A stretch of 62,555 nt of DNA, the filler included, from Diploschistes diacapsis (Eukaryota): assembly GCA_023645945.1 (NCBI GenBank). It is 16 parts of 16 records of this genome, joined end to end, with 100 filler letters (N's around TTAATTAATTAA, not from the genome) between each part and the next. Parts side by side here need not be neighbours in the genome. Positions count along the whole stretch, not along the records: positions 37,747 to 40,148 come from JALAIB010002223.1; positions 40,249 to 42,648 come from JALAIB010002224.1; positions 42,749 to 45,145 come from JALAIB010002225.1; positions 45,246 to 47,639 come from JALAIB010002226.1; positions 47,740 to 50,132 come from JALAIB010002227.1; 11 more parts are not named here. One strand, written 5' to 3'. The notes under the pieces are model-generated. The model saw only the letters and a program-made list of their open reading frames with translations, was not told where the DNA came from and ran no database searches. How positions within the stretch are numbered: the first letter of the stretch is position 1; each line of letters begins with the position of its first letter. Of this stretch, positions 37,747 to 50,232 are shown one piece after another. The position numbers and the translations under genes are program-made.

Positions 37747-38700
37747 ACATAGTAAAAATGAACTTTAAGAAAATTGAATTTATTAAGAACTAAACACGAC
37801 TCAAATCAAATAAAGAAACGAAAGACATACGGAACTATTTAAGGTTCGTTAATTTCTATCGACGATTTATTTTTTATTTTAATAAGATCGTTAAATTTTT
37901 TTATAACTTAATTAAGATAAACACAGCGAGGGTTTATGATAATAAAGAAAAAAAAGTATTCGTTATTTTAAAGAAGGCCGTATCTTCCGAACCTATAATA
38001 GCGCATTTCGATTTAAACAAACGATCTTTAATAAAATGCGACGCCAGCGATATGATTATCGAGGGTATTTTATTTTAAAAAACCGATAACGGCCTATTAT
38101 AACCCGTGGTTTATTTATTTAAAAATATAGATCCGGCTTAACGCAATTGTACGATATACGATAAAGAAATATTCGTTATAATAAAATGTTTCGAAAAATA
38201 GAAACCCGAGTTATTAATCTTTTTAATTAATCGGTTTATTTTAGTATTAATCGATTATAAAGCCCTCGAGCATTTTATTACGAATAAATAATTAAACCGT
38301 AAATAAGCCCGATAGGCGGAATTTTTGTTATAATTTAACTTTAAGATTCAATATCGCCCCGAAGTAAAGAACGTAAAGACCGACTTACTTATGAGAAAAT
38401 TCAACATAAACGAGACCCCCAGGGCCAAAAAGGACCCTCATATGTGACAGACGTTGATCAAGCCCAGCTAATTTTCCGAAAAAATTAAATAGAATCTTAA
38501 CATATACGTTTTAAACGAGGAAGATTATACTTCCGGAAAGCGAGAAATAATCACGAAAAAACCGAATCTTATCGAAATATTTAACTCGATCGACGAAGTT
38601 ATTTTCGCGAATAATACACCGACGATAATTAAAAAAATAAAAAATATTAATCGACGTAACCTAATATTCAGCGAAATCAGAATTAAATTAAAATAAAATA
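37747..38700 (+). mobile_element. Ty3/gypsy pol (RT connection/RNase H), RIP-mutated
   Basis: Contains FVNFYRRFI, CDASD, IYDKE and QYRP..KNVK.D.L.R motifs with RIP-type stops. Confidence 0.85.
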
Positions 38701-38748
38701 AAATCACAGGATCCTTTCACGGCTACCGACTAGATACTTATAGAACGA

Positions 38749-40148
38749 TGTTATGATCTCTATCTATACAAGGTATACACGAGTAGGATCAAGGTGGGTT
38801 TGGTTTCTGTTAAAAGAGAAGTATGGCAGGAAAAGAAGATAGAGCAGTTATAAATCTTAGACTGTTTTTAAAAAAAAGGTTCTTTAATAATAGAAATAAC
38901 GAATATAAATTAATCCCGAATAATAGCTAAAAATATCTATAAAAGTAAATATATCGAATAAAAGTATGTCTAAAAGAAAAATTATATATTTAAGTTTTCT
39001 ATAAAGTACTAATATTAGCTTTTTATGCTTTATTAGAGCGAAGGGAGCGCCGACGATGGTTCCTATAAAATAAAAGGAGCGCCGCCTATTATTCTTATAG
39101 AGCGCACGGAGCGGCGTCGTTCGTTCTAATAACTTACGTGACCCGAACGTTAGTGAGTGTTTCTTAGTAAGTGATTTAGGACGTGACAGGTTAATAACCT
39201 GGATCGTAACACTATCTTTTTTTTTTGGAATTGTCGGCCCGATAATAAACCGAAGGGTCTAATTATATAAACGAAATTAATCTCTTTCCCGTTTCTCGAC
39301 AATGGATTTTTTAATTCGTCGTTAACGTAAAATCATATACCGTAATAGAAGAAAGGAACGTTTCTGTCTCGTCGACGAAATTAAATTCTTTCGATATTTC
39401 TTTAAAATAGTCTATGATTTTTATTTAGTTTCCGATTACTTTTGTTTTATGGCTTCTTTTGGTATTAATGTTGGTTCCAATAAATGTTCCGAATGCATCC
39501 GTTTAAAGAGGTCTTATTCCTTTCGCTCGTGGTCTTCGTTGAACAGGATCCGAAATTAATAAATTGTTAAGTTATTGTTTTTGGAACGGGATCGCGATTA
39601 GAAATTTAAAGAACTTTTTAAGATATAAATAAGAATTGATAGAGAGCGTAAGGTTTAGGAATTAGCGTAGAAGGAAGCGATTACGAAGACTCGTTGCCTT
39701 ATTTAATAATTGAAAAATGATAGCGAGGATCTATTAATAAAGGATATTTTCGTATCGGCGGATCTTCAAGTAAAGTTATTCGGTCCTTAATTTATTATTG
39801 AAGTTTTTGGAGATATAGATGCAAGTTAGGACATTTTATTTAACCCGGTGGCTTTTAGTATCTCTTTCGTAAAAGGGAGCCGCTGTTTTCTCGAGTTAAA
39901 TCAGGTATGCGTAAATGTTTTGGATTCTTTAATCCTAGTCTTAATTGTCCTTTATAAAGGGTTCATTGACCTTGTGAAACTTTGTTAATTTTTTCTTGTA
40001 GTTCTTTAGGTTTTTCTTGGGCTCCTATGTCATGTTTAATTCTAGATATCCTTTTTATTTGATTAAATATTTATTGTTTTTGTAATATACGACTGTTTCG
40101 ATTTCGTACTCGTTTTCGTTATTTGGTTTAAAGTAGAAGGTTTTTTAT
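38749..40148 (-). mobile_element. Chromoviral Ty3/gypsy 3' end: chromodomain, 3' region, PPT and complete 463-bp LTR (38749-39211)
   Basis: LTR TGTTATGATC...GATCGTAACA with a pyrimidine run (minus-strand PPT) at 39212-39225. The minus strand reads EYEIE...KYLIK*KGY...T*EPKKNL, a chromodomain, at about 39940-40115. Confidence 0.85.
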
Positions 40149-40612
40149 NNNNNNNNNNNNNNNNNNNNNNNNNNNNNNNNNNNNNNNNNNNNTTAATTAA
40201 TTAANNNNNNNNNNNNNNNNNNNNNNNNNNNNNNNNNNNNNNNNNNNNAGTATTCTGACAATATTAATAGTTTTATTGTATTTCATAACTTATTATCGGG
40301 TGTATAATAATCGAGGGATAATACCATTCGATCATGCCGCCAAAAATTACATCTCGTATCTTATACTTCTAAAGAAACAATAGCGGAAATTACGTAATAT
40401 AATTATAGATGGAATTAAATAAGATTTCTAAAAAGCCGTCTATATCAATCTGTATAACATTTAATCTAACATGTGCGCATACTCATGATCAGCCTTTTAA
40501 AGTTTATATAAAGTGTATGCGGAGTAGGTGATGCTGCTGAATCAAACGGCAGATTTTACTATATGCTAGGCATTTGTGGAATGATTGGTGAGATTTCATT
40601 GATCACGTCCAC

Positions 40613-41561
40613 TTATATTATAACATCTACAGGGTATTGCGGCCATGATGGATCTTCTAATCTCCTAAAACAAGCAACGAACTTCTTTCCTCCATTCCTT
40701 TTAACTTTCTTACCTTCCTCTGTCTCTGTAATCATAATTCTCACACAGGAATCTGCTTCTTCCTCTTCCGTACTGAGTTTAGCAAAGCTGGGATGCGCGA
40801 CGAAATGATCGACCATCCATTTGTGGAGATCTTCCACATCAGTGATTGTATAAATCACGCCGCCGGGTCGCATTATGAAAGCATACTCGGTATTCAAAGT
40901 AGATGATACAATTCTTGCCTTGTGCTTCCTTGCTTTGAAATGTGGATCCGGAAAACAGAAGAAAAGCTTGGAGAGTTGTGACTTGGTAAAGAAGTTGGGA
41001 AGAAACTTCATTGTATTGGCACGTAAGCAAGCGATGTTCTGATATAGCATGCTCTCGGCATTCTGATGACGCAGCGCTTTGATGCGTTCTTGTACAAAGC
41101 CGGCAACATGAGTCCTAATTTCCATTCCTTGTCCCATCGTTAGTCTCGGAACGTTTCGAACCCGGATAAATGGTGACTCACCTAGGAGCAATTCATCAGG
41201 AAGCCTTGGTCCCAAGGCCACAAGCAATCCACCATAACCACAGCCCATATCAGCAACGGTAACCTGAGAACGATGAGGAAGTCGATGGTCTTTGTGGGCC
41301 ATGAAATCCTTGCCGTCTCTATAATGCTTTGACCAATCCATCATCGCAGGACTTTGTGGACTAGCGCTAATTAGCCTCGATACCTGAGTTGTAGCTGAGG
41401 TCGAGGACTTACTATGTTAACTGGTGGTCTGAAAAGGGGTTGGCATGGGCTCTTTGCCTGTAGAACCTTTTCTTGGGGAATTCTAACGTCCCATTTCCGG
41501 GATTGGCGTTTCTGAGTTCGTCACGACCTCGGCGCTTACCGGATATCTTTGGGCTGCCCAT
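40613..41561 (-). CDS. TRM8: tRNA (guanine-N7)-methyltransferase catalytic subunit, 3 exons
   Basis: Contains PKKRFYRQRAHANPFSDH, DMGCGYGGLL, FPDPHFK and TETEEGKKV.RN motifs, with two GT-AG introns. Confidence 0.95.
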
Positions 41562-41820
41562 GGATGCCTCACAAGATGACAGTTAACCGAAAGGAAATTT
41601 TATGGTCTATAATACTTTATAGGATGCCGAGCTGTGGATGGTAACAAACTATGAAGAAAACAATGAAATTGGTTAAACCATGAAACAAATTCTTGATATA
41701 CTGCTTGATTCCTAAGCGAAGCGCAGGACTATATTGGCATATTAGTGTGTTTATGGGCGCAGAAAAAACCGTAGATAAGAAATTAATTGCGTAAGTCGTG
41801 GTCAAGGATATTGATTGGTC

Positions 41821-42648
41821 GAACTGAACTGTAATTAATTTAAATTGAATTAAATTGAACTGAACTGAACTGAACTGCTCGTCGTGTTTATGTTTTCTCG
41901 CTCGTCGTGTTTGCGTTTTTCGCCCGTAGTCTTTTTTATTTATTATCTTTAGTATGTCTTCTAATATTTATCGTTGTGTTTGTTGTAGGGTATCTAAACC
42001 TTCTAATTAATTTAAAATATTCGCCAATAATCGATTTACGAAAACTTATATCGAGTGTTTCGAGGTAACGTATCTTTTTTATGTTATTATATAGTTGTGT
42101 AATATCGTTTAGATAGTAATTCGTCGACGTTATGAAACCATTAAAGCCAATAATTTCGTTATTATAATTAAATCTGAATTAAAACGTCGAAAGCGACGGC
42201 CTTTAGATGAACTTAATATTAATTTTTAAATTGGCGAGTGTTTAATAATAATGGTAACGCGTTTAGTAGTATTCGTATTAAGATATCATCGTCTTTAAAA
42301 CATAACCGGTTTTTAGAACCAGTTTAGGCGTTATAATGATACTAAATCTCGAGTCTAAAAAAGACGTTTGCGATAAAAATAAAAGGATGAGGTTCTTTCG
42401 TAGCCGATCCCGTCGCGCTCGCAACGCGTATTTTTGCCAATACGAATGAATCCTACTCCGCCTCAATATTCATTTGAATCTGAACCTGAACCTGAACCTT
42501 GACCTGAACCTAAACCTCGTCCTGAACCTGAACCTCGTCCTGAACCTGAACCTCGTTCTGAATTTGATATAAGAGACTTCCTCTCGACTATTATAGATAA
42601 ATTGAAGGATGATATGTTCGCAAATAATAATACCCGATAGAAAAAGGC
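41821..42648 (+). mobile_element. RIP-mutated element 5' end with (GAACT)n repeats, a Cys-motif ORF start and an EPEP repeat; possibly Helitron-like
   Basis: GAACT tandem at 41821-41877, then MSSNIYRCVCCRVSKP...KT(C)IEC followed by a GT donor, and a (CCTGAA)n repeat at about 42476-42563. Confidence 0.35.
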
Positions 42649-42748
42649 NNNNNNNNNNNNNNNNNNNNNNNNNNNNNNNNNNNNNNNNNNNNTTAATTAA
42701 TTAANNNNNNNNNNNNNNNNNNNNNNNNNNNNNNNNNNNNNNNNNNNN

Positions 42749-45145
42749 GCGATTAGGGGTAATAGATATCGATTCTTTTTCGTGATGTTATTTAATCCTC
42801 GATAGTCGACGCATACTCTTAATTCGCCCCCGTTGGGTTTCTTTACGAATAGGATCGGGGACGCGTATTCTATTAAATTGGACGTAATGAACTTATTTGT
42901 TAAATATTCTTTTAAATAGGTCTTTAGTGTTTATAGTTCGTTTATTAATATTCTTTTTAACGGAATTAATTTCGATAATACCGCGTTTTTCTTTAATTCG
43001 ATCTTATGGTTCTATTAAGGTCGATATAAGAATAGTTCGTTAACTTTTTTGTAATTAAACACATTTAAATAATAGTAATACTTTTTAAATACTAAATCGC
43101 GAAAGTTCTTCGTCGTTATTTCTTATCTCTTTTTCTTTTTTAACTGTTGATCGATCTCTTTTATAAAGATAGCGAATATTTCTGTCCCGGTTTGTCGATT
43201 GGCGACATTGAAGGCTACGGCGTTGATAATATAAATTCGCTTGAAATTATCATTCGTACAAGCTCGTTTATCGGTTTCACGAGAAGTAAGCGAGCAAGTT
43301 AAATCCTTTATATTAATTCTATTATTACTATCTATTATTCCACGCGGTAAGATCTTGGTAATTAAAGGTCTGCCGTTCTTGGTCGCTTCGGGATCTAATC
43401 GTGGAACAGCTGGAGCTTTCTCGACTTCCTTTTATCTCTTGACGGGTAGTAATCCCAAATAATTGCAGTAATTTGGTTTAAAGGTCATTTCGGAAGTAAC
43501 ACAATTTATTACCGCGTTATGCAAATAAAACCACTTTCTATCAACAATCACGCGGTACTTCCCGATCTTTAGTAAGATATAAAAAAGAATTATGTTACTA
43601 AAGTAATCTTTTAGCTAAATTGATAAATAAAGGACGTAAATAATAAATTATTATGGTTTATTATCGACGTAAGTATTATTTATTTTTTTCGATAACTTTA
43701 TCGGGACGAAATTAAACCGATTTTCGAATTATTCGACGAATTCTTTATTAATAAAATATATTCCGTTAATTCCCGTGTCGATTAATATTAAGGTCTTAAA
43801 GCTCTTATGTCTAGGCTGGCCGTCACTGACACTGACACGGCCGTGTTAGTGACACGGACACTGACAGTGTCAGTATCCGTGTTTTAGATTTTTTAATTAC
43901 GGTGTCCGTGTCCGTGGATTTACGTAAATATAGTGTCCGTGTCAATATCCGTATTTTAAAATTTTTAATTGCGGTATCCGTGTCCGTATCCGTGTTTTTA
44001 AAAATAATTTTTAAAAAATAAAAGCGTAAGAAATAAACGTGATAATTTTAAAAATATTAAAAAAAAAAAAGTGTTTTCGTGCTTTTACTGCAGTGCAGTA
44101 TCCGTGTTAATGGATTTACGGAAATATAATATCCGTATCAATATCCGTGTTTTAAATTTTTTAATTATAATGTCCGTGTTAGTGTCCGTGTTTTAAATTT
44201 TTTAATTGCGGTGTCCGTGTCCGTAAATTTACGGAAAGGTAGTGTCCGTGTTAGTATCCGTGTTTTAAAATTTTAATTGTCGTGTCCGTGTCAGTGTCCG
44301 TGTTTTGAAAATTTTTGCTGCAGTGTCCGTGTCAGTGACCGTGGCACGAAATGGCCAGCCTACTTATGTCTTTTTTTTAATATTGTATTTACCGTTAGTG
44401 CGGGCGTAGTTAGGAATTCTTCGTCTAAGGTTTCTATGATCGCTAGGTCATGCTACCGAGGCGCTTTCTCGTCGTCGTCGTTTATCTATTCGTTAAATCC
44501 TCTATTTAGGGCTTATAAGGAGGCTAATCTTTTCCCGACTTAAGTTCTCGCTCGGGGCAGCTATTGGCGAAATATCCTTTCTTATAATAATTATAGCAGG
44601 TTTCATTGTTGATCCATTCTTTGGTAAATATGGTTGGTTTTTCGCTGATTGCTTCGGCGGAAGTTTTAATTTCTTTTTTATTACGATTCTTGTAAGTCCG
44701 CCGGGGGCGAGGGATATACGAATTATTACTTCGGGTGTTAGCCGCGAAAGTGACTGTTTTATTACGATTGTTTACTTTTATATATCGGTCGAGTATATGT
44801 AGTTTATCTTTCATCTCCCGGATCGTTCTGGGGTTTCGACCATAAAGGATAATTTAGAAACGATAAATCAACTTTTTTTTTATATTTAATATTTAATCTT
44901 CTTCGGGGATTCTTGTCTCGATTATAAGTACCGTGAATTAAGTTAAAAATTCGTTAAATTCGTTATTATTTTATTATAATTTCCGATAATTATTTTTAAC
45001 GATTAATCGAATATTTTTATTTATTTATCGATTATTTAATCGTTCGAATAATATTTCGAAAAAGGTAATTCGGTTAATTAAATCTTTATTCGTAAAAATT
45101 TTTATATAATTAAAGATTATATTTTTAAGACGGGAGATTATATAC
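42749..45145 (-). mobile_element. Ty3/gypsy gag-protease-RT, RIP-mutated
   Basis: Zinc knuckle CYNYYKKGYFANSC (degenerate CCHC), protease LIDTG, and RT start [11 protein letters not shown]...[10 protein letters not shown]. Confidence 0.88.
43812..44362 (+). mobile_element. Complete 551-bp hAT-type MITE with 8-bp TSD
   Basis: TIR TAGGCTGGCC...GGCCAGCCTA. Perfect TSD CTTATGTC at 43804-43811 and 44363-44370. No coding capacity. Confidence 0.92.
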
Positions 45146-45245
45146 NNNNNNNNNNNNNNNNNNNNNNNNNNNNNNNNNNNNNNNNNNNNTTAATTAATTA
45201 ANNNNNNNNNNNNNNNNNNNNNNNNNNNNNNNNNNNNNNNNNNNN

Positions 45246-46173
45246 GCTTTTAAGTAATAACGTTATTATTTTGAAGGCGCGTCGTAAGCGATTGAAATAA
45301 TTATTAATCATAATAATTTGAAAGGATTTATAAATTAAAAAATACTTTTAAATCGTTAAGCTAGATAAGCAATGAAATTGGCATCAATAGATTTTATTAT
45401 ATCGTATCGTTTAGGGGCGAATAACTTAGCTGACGGTTTCTCGCGAAGGCCAGATTATTTTAAAAAAGATAAAAAAATTCGGGGATTATTATTAATGTTA
45501 TAAAGTAAATTGGCGTAATTGAATGTTGTTATCGCCTCGCCGGCGAAAAAAGAGTAAGCCGCGCTGTAGAAGCAAACGAAGATTAGAATTATTAATCTGT
45601 TCCAGGGGTTTAGGGAACTTCATTCTAAAGTAACAATCTTAGGAAGTCTTGGCCTAGAAAAGTAAGCTTAGATGAATAGCGATCTAATAATGATATTATA
45701 CCCTATCGTTAGGATTATTAGTTGTAAACAACTCGTCCTACGTTTAATCATTTAAAAAATAATGATAAATAAAACGGTATATGGATTGCCGTCGGAAAAA
45801 TTACGAGATATAATTATTATTTTATAGCGAAAGGATGAATTTGTTAAAGAAAAGTAAAGTTTTTTAAAATAAATAATTCGACGACGAGACACCGGTAATA
45901 CGCCGTAGAAATTTAATAAAAAAGATTTATTACGATATAAAGGTAGAATTTATATCCCGATAAAAGAATCTGTACGAATAAAATTCCTATATATTTATTA
46001 TAATAATAAATTGGTAGAATATTTCGGTATCGAGCGGATCTTAGAGCTGTTATAAAGGTACTTTTATTAAAAAGGGTAACGTGTCGCTGTCGAGTAGTAC
46101 GTAAATAGTTGCGATATATGTTAAAGGGTCAAGATATATAGGCATAAATCATATAATAGTTTAACGTTATTAT
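45246..46173 (+). mobile_element. Ty3/gypsy RNase H end and integrase Zn-finger, RIP-mutated
   Basis: Reads N.ADGFSRRPDY, LLRYKGRIYIP, FGIERILELL and VNSCDIC.RVK..RHK. Confidence 0.85.
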
Positions 46174-47639
46174 TAGTATAAACACAAGGCGCGCTGTCTA
46201 GGGAGACTTCCCTTGCTGTAGTAGGTAGGTAGTCGCAGGTGGTGTAGTAGGGGAATGTAGTGTGAGTTGTTAGTCAACAGCATACCTAGGTAAGACATTT
46301 GTGAAATGTAGGATGCATTCCCCTCTCTAGAGCTATTTAGCAGGCCTCTTTAAATGGAGCTGCTTTATAGAGATCACCCCCACCAAATCTGCGGCCTATT
46401 TTTATATTTATATACGACCCCCCCTTTAATAGTTCGCTGTCTCATAACGAACTCTATATAAGTCTTATTAATAAGAAATCTCTATCCTTCTATCTCTATA
46501 TTTTAATATAATTCTATACCTTTTAGGCAATCGAAATACTTAGAAATCTATTATCTTTAATATTTCCTTCTCGACGTAATTGTGTTTCTGGACGTAACAG
46601 TGCTCTTAAATCTATTCCCCTATATTTCATTTTCTTGAACACGGTAGGATAGAAAGGCGGTAACTATTTAAAGATATCCCCAATTTTCACCGTATTCATA
46701 CTATCCGTAAATGCTTTTTAAAAGATATCCTTATCCTTTATAGTGTTCTTACTATCCGTTAATGTTCCTTTAGATAAATATAACTAATAGCACGTCCGCC
46801 TCTTTCATCTTTTTCTTATCTTCTTTCCCGTCTCGTTACTATTAGCAAGGAATTAACTACAGATAAGCAAGCAGAAGAACAGATAAGGAAATTTATTATA
46901 AAATCGAGCAAGCAATAAAGCACAAAACAAGCATATTAATACATAAAAAAATAAACACGTAAGCAAGAAAATATTTAATAAATAAATAAGAAAACAAGCT
47001 TATTAAAAAACCAACAAACAACCGAACAACCATATAAATAAATAGATTTTACTTTATTATAATTATAGGCCTCTAAAATCTCTTAATACTCATTTTTTTT
47101 ATTATACTATCCATTTATTTCCGCTTTCTTCCTCCTTCTTTTCCCTAGATTCTACATCTTTTAAATTAAGGTCCAGATCATTCTCTACTTTTTTATCCTT
47201 CTTCTCTTCTTCTTCCTCCTCTTCCTCGTCCGGAAAAGGCGTAAATTTCTTTATTTTCCAGTAATCTATTCCTTTTTTTGTCAGTGTTCTAAAGAAGTTC
47301 TTTCTAACAGGATTATATAGTTCCTGTTCGGCTAACCGAATTGCAAGGAAATGTTATTTTAGCGCCAAGGTTGCCTTTACGATTTATTCTCGGAAGTAAG
47401 TATCCTTAATCTCGGGTCGGAAAATCTTCATTAATTTTTTTATAATAATAAGATCCGTTTATCTTTTCTTTCCTACTAGCGCGTCCGAGATTATTTTAAG
47501 TCCGGTAACTTAAATTGCTATTTCGAAGAAGTACGGTACGCTTTTATACATATTATGAAGTCCGGATGGCGACGAGAATCTAGATATAAAATCTTTATAC
47601 GTAATAAATAATTATTTTTACGTATTAGTATCGATAATG
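46174..47639 (-). mobile_element. Dioxygenase-carrying element, copy 2
   Basis: Reverse-complement homologue of about 3165-4604. Its terminus interrupts a gypsy integrase. Confidence 0.75.
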
Positions 47640-50232
47640 NNNNNNNNNNNNNNNNNNNNNNNNNNNNNNNNNNNNNNNNNNNNTTAATTAATTAANNNNN
47701 NNNNNNNNNNNNNNNNNNNNNNNNNNNNNNNNNNNNNNNAGTATTACCGTTATAGAGGGCGCCGAGGAGCTCCGAACGCTCGAAGGGCTTCAAACGGCGT
47801 TATGGTGGCATAATTAGAAGAATAATAGCAAGAGTTGAATGTTTATTTACTACCGCTTATGGTGGACCTAACTACTTTTGGCCTAGTACTGTAAATTAAA
47901 TTTGGGATTGTATAAACAGGGGACTCCAAGTAATGGTGGGGCATGTTAATTATTGGACCCATCCATTTTGTGGCTGCAAGGTCTCCATAATCTACAACTT
48001 TGAAGAATGCGTGTGTGCACTGATGTTCACCTTCTCCAGCCCGTAACAGCACGGTCAAGAGCTTTGTTTGGATGCCTACGAAACCAAGGTCGCTCTCAAC
48101 ACAGCTTTTCTGCAATGACGACGAGTTGAAAATGCTCTGGTGCGATGTGCGCAATGCGATACTCAGTCAGGGAGCGTACCAAAGAGAGGTCACAACACGT
48201 TCCGTGGGAACGCGCCATACATTCCGATGCAGGCCATGATATGATGCGGTTATGTTTGATAATAAGTTCGATTCCCTATCAGTGTCGGTCCGACGACTGG
48301 ATTCATCCTTTCCTCATGGTGCGAGAGGCATCCGAGAATCGTCAATCCAACCATTGCAGCAAAACGGATTCGGCGCCCGCTCATACCATACTTTACAAAA
48401 TAACGGTTCAACCACGGGCCATCGCTGGGGGGGTCACTGTAAGGAATCTAAAAACGCCTTCGTTCGCTATCATCAAGGACCCTGAAAGACACTTATCCAC
48501 TCTCTCGCATGCACAAGCCGCGCATTGACTCCACAAGGGGTCCAGTTATCGCGCCCTCCATTCCGTTCACCGTCGGACATGAAGAAAACCCCCGCTCCTG
48601 GCCCAGGAAGAGAGCTCACTATCGCGGCGGGGAATGCAGTTGTGTGGAGCGGTCATCGTATCTCGTCTGGGACAGAGCTCAACGGAACTCACGGTTGCGT
48701 TGCTGGTTGTGCTTGTTGCCGTTGGCGGATGACGGCCCTCCCCACCGTGGAACTCGATCTACGTCTCATTCTGCAGCTGCTGCATGTGGCTGCGAGGACT
48801 CTGATGATGCTCCACGGATCATCGCTGGAAGTCACCACCCAGTGGGGGCGTGAAAGCCTGGACGAGCTCTGTGAGATGGCCGAGCAGCGGATGGGAGATA
48901 CAAGCAACCGGACATCTTCAGAACCTCTTTAGTAATACTAGCTAGAAACCTGAAGTGCTAGCGGACAAGCTGAGTTGCTTCAAAGAGTCTTCCCATATGA
49001 TGAAAAGTTGCAACTGCTTCGCATCCGATAGACGAGAAGACGGTGACGGTGTGATGTTCCACGGCTCCCTCTGTAGAACTCCTAGGAACACTAGGACAAC
49101 GCCCCCCCTCCGTTTTCTTTTGTTTGCAGCCGGCGGTTACAGTCAAAGAGCTCTGAAAGGTACTCATGATGTTGGAGAGAGGAGAGATCTAGCAACGCCG
49201 ACGCTGTTGCTGTCAGACACCTCTGGACCTGAAGGGGCTTCGGATGTTGCCTTTATGGGGGCAAGTTAGTTTTCAAGTCAAAAGCCCTCCCAGGCCTTCG
49301 AGCCCGTCCCTTGCTGCTAACCAGTTTCCTCACTGCACAGATTCCACAGCGCCAAGTACTGTCTCAGTTGATCTTCATCATGCACATAACGGTCCAGTTA
49401 TGAAGTTGTCGCTAGCGTTACCTGGCCTGGTGTTGCCTGCATGGGGCCCGATCCAGCTTGGGTACAGCTGCTCGTTTCGAACCGCAGCTCTCTGATCGAA
49501 TAATGTTTGGGTTGAGTCTTATGAACGGTCCGAACTTCGGCTCGCTATGCTATAATAGAGCGAGAGACAAATGGGGAAGGTGCATTTCCCGAGCTTCGTT
49601 TCTTTTACATTCGCCCTCCTTTGCAGTGGCTCCCTTTGCGTCATCTTCTTGTTTTTGAAGTTATTGGCAGAAGGCACGTGTTGATGGACTTGGCCTCCTT
49701 TGGATAACGATACGAATTCCCTCAACTCCTCAAATAGTGTAGTTACAGCGCTTTCTCTCCGAGTAGATAATGCTCAGCCTGCTGCGGGCAAGACTTGCTT
49801 GCTGCAGCACGAAGAGAAAGACTGTATATTCACTTGGAATGCCTGATTGCAAAATGGTACATGAGAAGCACAGAGGTGGCGGGGGCAAAGAATAGTGAGT
49901 TGCATTGGCTGCAATGTAGTTTCCGGTCTTCTTCCGGTATCAGTCGGGAATGAGCGGAAGGCCGTCGAGCAGCGCGGAAGCTTCCTTCCGGAGCGCGATA
50001 TCCTCGACCGAAAAACTCCAGATCGTAATGACGAAAAGATATCAACGGCCCCCCCGCCTTGAAGCAAGACAAGAAAATAGGAATAGCAGAAAAGTTCCAC
50101 CTGGCCGCGTCCTCCCGCCGATCCCCCATCCCNNNNNNNNNNNNNNNNNNNNNNNNNNNNNNNNNNNNNNNNNNNNTTAATTAATTAANNNNNNNNNNNN
50201 NNNNNNNNNNNNNNNNNNNNNNNNNNNNNNNN

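Noticed and set aside
47740..50132. Multiple 60-135 aa ORFs
   Set aside because: They overlap on both strands with no recognisable motif or splice model.
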